From: Bugula neritina
Lineage: Eukaryota; Animalia; Bryozoa
DNA length: 64,000 nt
Direction: 5' to 3'
Assembly (NCBI GenBank): GCA_964035545.1
Contig: CAXIUT010000230.1
Location: forward strand, 1,612,001 to 1,676,000
Part shown: piece by piece, positions 16,901-30,136 of the stretch
Numbering within the stretch: position 1 is the stretch's first letter
Layout: every line of letters starts with the position of its first letter
Made by a program: the position numbers and the translations under genes
The notes under the pieces: generated by a model
Database searches by the model: none
Told to the model about the DNA's origin: nothing
Seen by the model: only the letters and a program-made list of their open reading frames with translations

Positions 16901-18960
16901 CGAAGTATACTGCGACACGTTGAAAAATACTGCAACATACTGAAATATACTGCAAGTGGTGCAACATACTGAAATACACTGTGACACACTGAATTACACT
17001 GCAACATACTGCAACATACTGCAACATACTGAAATACACTGTAACATATTGAAATACACTGCAACATACTGCAACATACTGAAATACACTGTGATACACT
17101 GAAATACACTGCAACATACTGCAATATACTGCAACATACTGAAATAAACTGAGACACATTAAAATATACCGCAACATACTGAAATATACTGCAACATACT
17201 GCAACATACTAAAATACACTGCAACATACTGCAACATACTGAAATACACTGGAACATATTGAAATACACTGCGAAACATTAAAATATACTGCAACACACT
17301 GAAACATAGGGCAACATACCGAAGTATACTGCGAAACCTTGAAAAATACTGCAACATACTGAAATATACTGCGAGTGGTGCAACATACTCTAATTCACTG
17401 TCACACACTGAAATACACTGCAACATACTGCAACATACTGAAATACACTGGAACTTACTGAAATATACTGCGACACATTAAAATATACAGTAACATACTG
17501 AAATATACTTCAACATACTGCAACATACTGAAATACACTGCAACACCTTGAAAAATACTGCAACATACTTAAACATACGGCAACATACTAAAATACACTA
17601 TAACATATTGAAATATACTGCAACATACTGAAATACACTATAACATATTGAAATATACTGCAACATACTGAATTACACTCTAACAAACTGAAATATGCTG
17701 TAGCATACTGAATTACACTGCAACACACTGAAGTATACTGTAATATACTGAAATGTACTGCGACATACTGAATTATACTGCAACATACTGCAACATACTG
17801 AAATACACTGTAACATAATGAAATATGCTGTAGCACACTGAAATACACTGCAACACACTGAAGTATACTGTAATATGCTGAAATGTACTGCAACATACTG
17901 CAATATACTGTAACACACTGAAATATACTCTAACATACCGAAATACACTGTAACATACTGAAATAAACTGCAACATACTGCAACATACTGAATTACACTT
18001 GAACATAATGAAATACACTGAAACACATTGAAATATACTGCAACATACCGAAATGAATGGTAAACTAGTGAAATATACTGTAACATAATGAAATATACTG
18101 TAACACACTGAAATATGCTAAAAGATACTGAAATTTACTGTAACATACTGAAACGTACGCAACATACTGAAATACGCTGCAACATACTGAAATATACTGC
18201 AAGATACTGCAACATACTGAAATACACTGAAGTACACTGTAACATATTGAAATACATTGCAAAACATCGAAATATACTGCGACATACTGAAATATGCTGT
18301 AGCATACTGAGGGACACTACAACTCACTGAAGGATAGTGTGATATACGGAAATGTACTGCAACATGCCTAAATATACTGCAACACACTGAAACATAAGGC
18401 AACATACTGAAATAAATTGCGATGCATTGAAATATACTGCAACATACTAAAATATACTGCAACATACTGCAACATCCTAAAATACACTGTAACATACTGA
18501 AATACACTGCAACACCTTGAAAAATACTGCAACATACTTAAACATACGGCAACATACTAAAATACACTATAACATATTGAAATATACTGCAACATACTGA
18601 AATACACTCTAACAAACTGAAATATGCTGTAGCATACTGAATTACACTGCAACACAGTAAAGTGTACTGTAACATACTGAAATGTGCTGCGACATACTAA
18701 ATTATACTGCAACATACTGCAACATACTGAAATACACTGTAACATAATGAAATATGCTGTAGCACACTGAAATACACTGCAACACACTGAAGTATACTGT
18801 AATATACTGAAATGTACTGCAACATACCGAAATACACTGTAACATACTGAAATAAACTGCAACATACTGCAACATACTGAATTACACTTGAACATAATGA
18901 AATACACTGAAACACATTGAAATATACTCCAACATACCGAAGTGTAATGTTTTACACTGA
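4901..18960 (+). repeat. ~4.2-kb higher-order repeat, about 3.3 copies (starts ~4901, 9161, 13381, 17631), organised as an 8.48-kb A-B dimer
   Basis: Landmark spacings 4260/4220/4250. Many ORF pairs at constant offset 8480 (5043/13523, 5415/13895, 6694/15174, 7387/15867, 8110/16590). Copies 1 and 3 share AACAAACCG and AATTATGATG; copies 2 and 4 share GCTAAAAGAT and GAGGGACAC. Confidence 0.9.
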
Positions 18961-21900
18961 AATATAATGCAACATACTAAATTATACTGCAACATAATGC
19001 AACATACTGAAATACACTACAACATACTGCAACATACTGAAATACACTGGAACATATTGAAATACACTGCGGCACATTGAATTATACTGCAACACACTGA
19101 AGTATACTGTGATACACTGAAATATAATGCAACATGCCGAATTATACTGCAACATAGTGCAACATACTGAAATACACTACAACATACTGCAACATACTGA
19201 AATGCACTGTGATACACTGAATAACACTGCAACATACTGCAATATACTGCAACATACTGAAAGAAACTGAGACACATTAAAATATACCGCAACATACTGA
19301 AATATACTGCAACATACTGCAAAATACTAAAATACACTGCAACATACTGCAACATACTGAAATACACTGGAACATATCGAAATACACTGCGACACATTAA
19401 AATATACTGCAACACACTGAAACATAGGGCAACATACCGAAGTATACTGCGACACGTTGAAAAATACTGCAACATACTGAAATATACTGCAAGTGGTGCA
19501 ACATACTGAAATACACTGTGACACACTGAAATACACTGCAACATACTGCAACATACTGCAGCATACTGAAATACACTGTAACATATTGAAATACACTGCA
19601 ACATACTGCAACATACTGAAATACACTGGAACATATTGAAATACACTGCGACACATTGAATTATACTGCAACACACTGAAATATACTGTAATACACTGAA
19701 ATATAATGCAACATACTGAATTATACTGCAACATAATGCAACACACTGAAATACACTACAACATACTGCAACATACTGAAATACACTGTGATACACTGAA
19801 ATACACTGCAACATACTGCAACATACTGAAATAAACTGAGACACATTAAAATATACCGCAACATACTGAAATATACTGCAACATACTGCAACATACTAAA
19901 ATACACTGCAACATACTGCAACATACTGAAATACACTGGAACATATTGAAATACACTGCGAAACATTAAAATATACTGCAACACACTGAAACATAGGGCA
20001 ACATACCGAAGTATACTGCGACAGGTTGAAAAATACTGCAACATACTGAAATATACTGCAAGTGGGGCAACATACTGAAATACACTGGAACATATTGAAA
20101 TACACAGCGACACATTGACTTATACTGCAACACACTGAAGTATACTGTAATACACTGAAATATAATGCAACATACTGATTTATACTGCAACATAATGCAA
20201 CATACTGAAATACACTACAACATACTGCAACATACTGAAATACACTGTGATACACTGAAATACACTGCAACATACTGCAATATACTGCAACATACTGAAA
20301 TAAACTGAGACACATTAAAATATACCGCAACATACTGAAATATACTGCAACATACTGCAACATACTAAAATACACTGCAACATACTGCAACATACTGAAA
20401 TACACTGGAACATATTGAAATCAACTGCGAAACATTAAAATATACTGCAACACACTGAAACATAGGGCAACATACCGAAGTATGCTGCGAAACCTTGAAA
20501 AATACTGCAACATACTGAAATACACTGCAAGTGGTGCAACATACTCTAATTCACTGTGACACACTGAAATACACGGCAACATACTGCAACATACTGAAAT
20601 ACACTTGAACATAATGAAATACACTGAAACACATTGAAGTATACTCCAACATACCGAAATGAATGGTAAACTAGTGAAATATACTGTAACATAATGAAAC
20701 ATACCGGAACATACTGCAACATAATAAAATATACTGTAACACACTGAAATATGCTAAAAGATACTGAAATTTACTGTAACATACTGAAACGTACGCAACA
20801 TACTGAAATACGCTGCAACATACTGAAATATACTGCAAGATACTGCAACATACTGAAATACACTGAAGTACACTGTAACATATTGAAATACATTGCAAAA
20901 CATCGAAATATACTGCGACATACTGAAATATGCTGTAGCATACTGAGGGACACTACAACTCACTGAAGGATAGTGTGATATACGGAAATGTACTGCAACA
21001 TGCCTAAATATACTGCAACACACTGAAACATAAGGCAACATACTGAAATAAATTGCGATGCATTGAAATATACTGCAACATACTAAAATATACTGCAACA
21101 TACTGCAACATCCTAAAATACACTGTAACATACTGAAATACACTGCAACACCTTGAAAAATACTGCAACATACTTAAACATACGGCAACATACTAAAATA
21201 CACTATAACATATTGAAATATACTGCAACATACTGAAATACACTACAACATACTGCAACATACTGAAATACACTGGAACATATTGAAATACACTGCGGCA
21301 CATTGAATTATACTGCAACACACTGAAGTATACTGTGATACACTGAAATATAATGCAACATGCCGAATTATACTGCAACATAGTGCAACATACTGAAATA
21401 CACTACAACATACTGCAACATACTGAAATGCACTGTGATACACTGAATAACACTGCAACATACTGCAATATACTGCAACATACTGAAAGAAACTGAGACA
21501 CATTAAAATATACCGCAACATACTGAAATATACTGCAACATACTGCAAAATACTAAAATACACTGCAACATACTGCAACATACTGAAATACACTGGAACA
21601 TATCGAAATACACTGCGACACATTAAAATATACTGCAACACACTGAAACATAGGGCAACATACCGAAGTATACTGCGACACGTTGAAAAATACTGCAACA
21701 TACTGAAATATACTGCAAGTGGTGCAACATACTGAAATACACTGTGACACACTGAAATACACTGCAACATACTGCAACATACTGCAGCATACTGAAATAC
21801 ACTGTAACATATTGAAATACACTGCAACATACTGCAACATACTGAAATACACTGGAACATATTGAAATACACTGCGACACATTGAATTATACTGCAACAC

Positions 21901-24900
21901 ACTGAAATATACTGTAATACACTGAAATATAATGCAACATACTGAATTATACTGCAACATAATGCAACACACTGAAATACACTACAACATACTGCAACAT
22001 ACTGAAATACACTGTGATACACTGAAATACACTGCAACATACTGCAACATACTGAAATAAACTGAGACACATTAAAATATACCGCAACATACTGAAATAT
22101 ACTGCAACATACTGCAACATACTAAAATACACTGCAACATACTGCAACATACTGAAATACACTGGAACATATTGAAATACACTGCGAAACATTAAAATAT
22201 ACTGCAACACACTGAAACATAGGGCAACATACCGAAGTATACTGCGACAGGTTGAAAAATACTGCAACATACTGAAATATACTGCAAGTGGGGCAACATA
22301 CTGAAATACACTGGAACATATTGAAATACACAGCGACACATTGACTTATACTGCAACACACTGAAGTATACTGTAATACACTGAAATATAATGCAACATA
22401 CTGATTTATACTGCAACATAATGCAACATACTGAAATACACTACAACATACTGCAACATACTGAAATACACTGTGATACACTGAAATACACTGCAACATA
22501 CTGCAATATACTGCAACATACTGAAATAAACTGAGACACATTAAAATATACCGCAACATACTGAAATATACTGCAACATACTGCAACATACTAAAATACA
22601 CTGCAACATACTGCAACATACTGAAATACACTGGAACATATTGAAATCAACTGCGAAACATTAAAATATACTGCAACACACTGAAACATAGGGCAACATA
22701 CCGAAGTATGCTGCGAAACCTTGAAAAATACTGCAACATACTGAAATACACTGCAAGTGGTGCAACATACTCTAATTCACTGTGACACACTGAAATACAC
22801 GGCAACATACTGCAACATACTGAAATACACTTGAACATAATGAAATACACTGAAACACATTGAAGTATACTCCAACATACCGAAATGAATGGTAAACTAG
22901 TGAAATATACTGTAACATAATGAAACATACCGGAACATACTGCAACATAATAAAATATACTGTAACACACTGAAATATGCTAAAAGATACTGAAATTTAC
23001 TGTAACATACTGAAACGTACGCAACATACTGAAATACGCTGCAACATACTGAAATATACTGCAAGATACTGCAACATACTGAAATACACTGAAGTACACT
23101 GTAACATATTGAAATACATTGCAAAACATCGAAATATACTGCGACATACTGAAATATGCTGTAGCATACTGAGGGACACTACAACTCACTGAAGGATAGT
23201 GTGATATACGGAAATGTACTGCAACATGCCTAAATATACTGCAACACACTGAAACATAAGGCAACATACTGAAATAAATTGCGATGCATTGAAATATACT
23301 GCAACATACTAAAATATACTGCAACATACTGCAACATCCTAAAATACACTGTAACATACTGAAATACACTGCAACACCTTGAAAAATACTGCAACATACT
23401 TAAACATACGGCAACATACTAAAATACACTATAACATATTGAAATATACTGCAACATACTGAAATACACTCTAACAAACTGAAATATGCTGTAGCATACT
23501 GAATTACACTGCAACACAGTAAAGTGTACTGTAACATACTGAAATGTGCTGCGACATACTAAATTATACTGCAACATACTGCAACATACTGAAATACACT
23601 GTAACATAATGAAATATGCTGTAGCACACTGAAATACACTGCAACACACTGAAGTATACTGTAATATACTGAAATGTACTGCAACATACCGAAATACACT
23701 GTAACATACTGAAATAAACTGCAACATACTGCAACATACTGAATTACACTTGAACATAATGAAATACACTGAAACACATTGAAATATACTCCAACATACC
23801 GAAGTGTAATGTTTTACACTGAAATATAATGCAACATACTAAATTATACTGCAACATAATGCAACATACTGAAATACACTACAACATACTGCAACATACT
23901 GAAATACACTGGAACATATTGAAATACACTGCGGCACATTGAATTATACTGCAACACACTGAAGTATACTGTGATACACTGAAATATAATGCAACATGCT
24001 GAATTATACTGCAACATAGTGCAACATACTGAAATACACTACAACATACTGCAACATACTGAAATACACTGTGATACACTGAATAACACTGCAACATACT
24101 GCAATATACTGCAACATACTGAAAGAAACTGAGACACATTAAAATATACCGCAACATACTGAAATATACTGCAACATACTGCAAAATACTAAAATACACT
24201 GCAACATACTGCAACATACTGAAATACACTGGAACATATTGAAATACACTGCGACACATTAAAATATACTGCAACACACTGAAACATAGGGCAACATACC
24301 GAAGTATACTGCGACACGTTGAAAAATACTGCAACATACTGAAATATACTGCAAGTGGTGCAACATACTGAAATACACTGTGACACACTGAAATACACTG
24401 CAACATACTGCAACATACTGCAGCATACTGAAATACACTGTAACATATTGAAATACACTGCAACATACTGCAACATACTGAAATACACTGGAACATATTG
24501 AAATACACTGCGACACATTGAATTATACTGCAACAGAATGAAGTATACTGTAATACACTGAAATATAATGCAACATACTGAATTATACTGCAACATAATG
24601 CAACACACTGAAATACACTACAACATACTGCAACATACTGAAATACACTGTGATACACTGAAATACACTGCAACATACTGCAACATACTGAAATAAACCG
24701 AGACACATTAAAATATACCGCAACATACTGAAATATACTGCAACATACTGCAACATACTAAAATACACTGCAACATACTGCAACATACTGAAATACACTG
24801 GAACATATTGAAATACACTGCGAAACATTAAAATATACTGCAACACACTGAAACATAGGGCAACATACCGAAGTATACTGCGACAGGTTGAAAAATACTG

Positions 24901-27900
24901 CAACATACTGAAATATACTGCAAGTGGGGCAACATACTGAAATACACTGGAACATATTGAAATACACAGCGACACATTGACTTATACTGCAACACACTGA
25001 AGTATACTGTAATACACTGAAATATAATGCAACATACTGAATTATACTGCAACATAATGCAACATACTGAAATACACTACAACATACTGCAACATACAGA
25101 AATACACTGTGATACACTGAAATACACTGCAACATACTGCAGTATACTGCAACATACTGAAATAAACTGAGACACATTAAAATATACCGCAACATACTGA
25201 AATATACTGCAACATACTAAAATACACTGCAACATACTGCAACATACTGAAATACACTGGAACATATTGAAATACACTGCGAAACATTAAAATATACTGC
25301 AACACACTGAAACATAGGGCAACATACCGAAGTATGCTGCGAAACCTCGAAAAATACTGCAACATACTGAACTACACTGCAAGTGGTGCAACATACTCTA
25401 ATTCACTGTGACACACTGAAATACACTGCAACATACTGCAACATACTGAAATACACTGGAACTTACTGAAATATACTGCAACACATTAAAATATACAGTA
25501 ACATACTGAAATATACTTCAACATACTGCAACATACTGAAATACACTGCAACACCTTGAAAAATACTGCAACATACTTAAACATACGGCAACATACCAAA
25601 ATACACTATAACATATTGAAATATACTGCAACATACTGAAATGCACTATAACAAACTGAAATATGCTGTAGCATACTGAATTACACTGCAACACACTGAA
25701 GTATACTGTAATATACCGAAATGAACTGCGACATACTGAATTTTACTGCAACAAACTGCAACATACTGAAATACACTGTAACATAATGAAATATGCTGTA
25801 GCACACTGAAATACACTGCAACACACTGAAGTATACTGTAATATGCTGAAATGTACTGCAACATACTGCAATATACTGTAACACACTGAAATATACTCTA
25901 ACATACCGAAATACACTGTAACATACTGAAATAAACTGCAACATACTGCAACATACTGAATTACACTTGAACATAATGAAATACACTGAAACACATTGAA
26001 ATATACTGCAACATACCGAAATGAATGGTAAACTAGTGAAATATACTGTAACATAATGAAACATACCGGAACATACTGCAACATAATAAAATATACCGTA
26101 ACACACTGAAATATGCTAAAAGATACTGAAATTTACTGTAACATACTGAAACGTACGCAACATACTGAAATACGCTGCAACATACTGAAATATACTGCAA
26201 GATACTGCAACATACTGAAATACACTGAAATACACTGTAACATATTGAAATACATTGCAAAACATCGAAATATACTGCGACATACTGAAATATGCTGTAG
26301 CAGACTGAGAGACACTACAACTCACTGAAGGATAGTGTAATATACGGAAATGTACTGCAACATGCCTAAATATACTGCAACACACTGAAACATAAGGCAA
26401 CATACTGAAATATATTGCGATGCATTGAAATATACTGCAACATACTAAAATATACTGCAACATACTGCAACATCCTAAAATACACTGTAACATACTGAAA
26501 TACACTGCAACACCTTGAAAAATACTGCAACCTACTTAAACATACGGCAACATACTAAAATACACTATAACATATTGAAATATACTGCAACATACTGAAA
26601 TACACTCTAACAAACTGAAATATGCTGTAGCATACTGAATTACACTGCAACACAATAAAGTGTACTGTAACATACTGAAATGTGCTGCGACATACTGAAT
26701 TATACTGCAACATACTGCAACATACTGAAATACACTGTAACATAATGAAATATGCTGCAGCACACTGAAATACACTGCAACACACTGAAGTATACTGTAA
26801 TATACTGAAATGTACTGCAACATACCGAAATACACTGTAACATACTGAAATAAACTGCAACATACTGCAACATACTGAATTACACTTGAACATAATGAAA
26901 TACACTGAAACACATTGAAATATACTCCAACATACCGAAGTATAATGTAATACACTGAAATATAATGCAACATACTAAATTATACTGCAACATAATGCAA
27001 CATACTGAAATACACTACAACATACTGCAACATACTGAAATGCACTGGAACATATTGAAATACACTGCGGCACATTGAATTATACTGCAACACACTGAAG
27101 TATACTGTAATACACTGAAATATAATGCAACATGCTGAATTATACTGCAACATAGTGCAACATACTGAAATACACTAACACATACTGCAACATACTGAAA
27201 TACACTGTGATACACTGAAATACACTGCAACATACTGCAATATACTGCAACATACTGAAAGAAACTGAGACACATTAAAAAATACCGCAACATACTGAAA
27301 TATACTGCAACATACTGCAAAATACTAAAATACACTGCAACATACTGCAACATACTGAAATACACTGGAACATATTGAAATACACTGCGACACATTAAAA
27401 TATACTGCAACACACTGAAACATAGGGCAACACACCGAAGTATACTGCGACACGTTGAAAAATACTGCAACATACTGAAATATACTGCAAGTGGTGCAAC
27501 ATACTGAAATACACTGTGACACACTGAAATACACTGCAACATACTGCAACATACTGCAGCATACTGAAATACACTGTAACATATTGAAATACACCGCAAC
27601 ATACTGCAACATACTGAAATACACTGGAACATATTGAAATACACTGCGACACATTCAATTATACTGCAACACACTGAAGTATACTGTAATACACTGAAAT
27701 ATAATGCAACATACTGAATTATACTGCAACATAATGCAACACACTGAAATACACTACAACATACTGCAACATACTGAAATACACTGTGATACACTGAAAT
27801 ACACTGCAACATACTGCAATATACTGCAACATACTGAAATAAACTGAGACACATTAAAATATACCGCAACATACTGAAATATACTGCAACATACTGCAAC

Positions 27901-28150
27901 ATACTAAAATACACTGCAACATACTGCAACATACTGAAATACACTGCGAAACATTAAAATATACTGCAACACACTGAAACATAGGGCAACATACCGAAGT
28001 ATACTGCGACAGGTTGAAAAATACTGCAACATACTGAAATATACTGCAAGTGGGGCAACATACTGAAATACACTGAGACACACTGAAATACACTGCAACA
28101 TACTGCAACATATTGAAATACACTGGAACTTACTGAAATATACTGCGACA
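18115..28150 (+). repeat. Second-tier HOR of variable length (2636, 2226, 3136 bp plus a partial unit), including a near-identical 2226-bp tandem duplication (~19000-23460)
   Basis: Landmark ORF starts at 18115, 20751, 22977, 26113. Identical ORF translations at offset 2226 (19017/21243, 19896/22122, 20421/22647). Domain-specific marker AAGTGGGGCAAC. Confidence 0.9.
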
Positions 28151-30136
28151 CATTAAAATATACAGTAACATACTGAAATATACTTCAACATACTGCAACA
28201 TACTAAAATACACGGTAACACACTGAAATACATTGCAACACATTGAAATATACTGCAACATACTGAATTACACTATAACATATTGAAGTATACTGCAACA
28301 TACTGAATTACACTGTAACAAACTGAAATATGCTGTAGCATACTGAATTACACTGCAACACACTAAAGTATACTGTAATATACTGAAATGTACTGCGACA
28401 TACTGAATTATACTGCAACATACTGAAATACACTGTAACATAATGAAATATGCTGTAGCACTCTGAAATACACTGCAACACACTGAAGTATACTGTAATA
28501 TACTGAAATGTACTGCAACATACTGGAATATACTGTAACACACTGAAATATACTCTAACATACCGAAATACACTGTAACATACTGAAATAAACTGCAACA
28601 TACTGCAACATACTGAATTACACTTGAACATAATGAAATACACTGAAAAACATTGAAATATACTGCAACATACCGAAATGAATGGTAAACTAGTGAAATA
28701 TACTGTAACATAATGAAACATACCGGAACATACTGCAACATAATAAAATATACTGTAACATACTGAAACATATGGCAACATACTGAAATGTACTGCAACA
28801 TACTGAAATATACTGCAACAAAGTGCAACATACTAAAATACACTGTAACATACTGAAATACATTGCAACACATTGAAATATACTGCAACATACTGAAACA
28901 TACTGCAACATACTGAAATATACTGCAACATACTGAATTACACTATAACATATTGAAAAATACTGCAACATACTGAATTACACTCTAACATACTGAAATA
29001 GGCTGTAGCATACTTAAATACACTGCTACACACTGAAGTATACTGTAATATACAGAAATGTACTGTAACATACTGAAACACACGGCAACATACTGAAATG
29101 CACTGTAACATACTGAAATATACTTCAACGCAGTGCAACCTACTGAAATACACTGTAACATAATGAATTACATTGCAACACATTAAGACATACTGCAACA
29201 TACTGAAACATACTGCAACATACTGAAATATACTGCAACATACTGAATTACACTCTAACAAACTGATATATGCTGTAGCATACTGAATTACACTGCAACA
29301 CACTGAAGTATACTGTAATATACTGAAATGTACTGCGACATGCTGAATTATACTGCAACATACTGCAACATACTGAAATACACTGTAACATAATGAAATA
29401 TGCTGTAGCACACTGAAATACACTGCAAAACACTGAAGTATACTGTAATATACTGAAATATACTGCAACATACTGGAATATACTGTAACACACTGAAATA
29501 TACTCTAACATACCGAAATACACTGTAACATACTGAAATAAACTGCAAGATACTGCAACATAATGAAATACACTATAACACACTGAAATACACTGCGACA
29601 CATTGAAATATACTGCAACACACTGAAACGTAATGCAACATACTGAAATATACTGCGACACATTGAAATATACTACAACATACTAAAATATACTCCAACA
29701 TACTGCAACTTTCTAAAATACACTGTAACATACTGAAATACACCGCATTACATTGAAAATTACTGCAACATACTGAAACATACGGCAACATACTGAAATA
29801 TACTGCAACATAATGAAATACACTGAAACACAATGAAATATACTGCAACATACCGAAATGAATGGTAAACTAGTGAAATATAGTGTAAAATAATGAAACA
29901 TACCGGAACATACTGCAACATAATAAAATATACTGTAACACACTGAAATATGCTACAAGATACTGAAATATACTGTAACATATTGAAACGTACGCAACAT
30001 ACTGAAATACGCTGCAACATACTGAATTATACTGCAAGATACTGTAACATACTGAAATACACTGAAATACACTGTAACATATTAAAATACATTGCAAAAC
30101 ATCGAAATATACTGCAACATACTGAAATATGCTGTA

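Larger units (their letters stand above)
1..30136 (+). repeat. 10-bp degenerate tandem satellite, left segment (monomers CTGCAACATA / CTGAAATATA and variants)
   Basis: Continuous 10-bp periodicity, visible as column-aligned blocks, with occasional 9-bp or 7-bp units. Always the same A/C-rich strand orientation. Runs off the window start. Confidence 0.99.
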
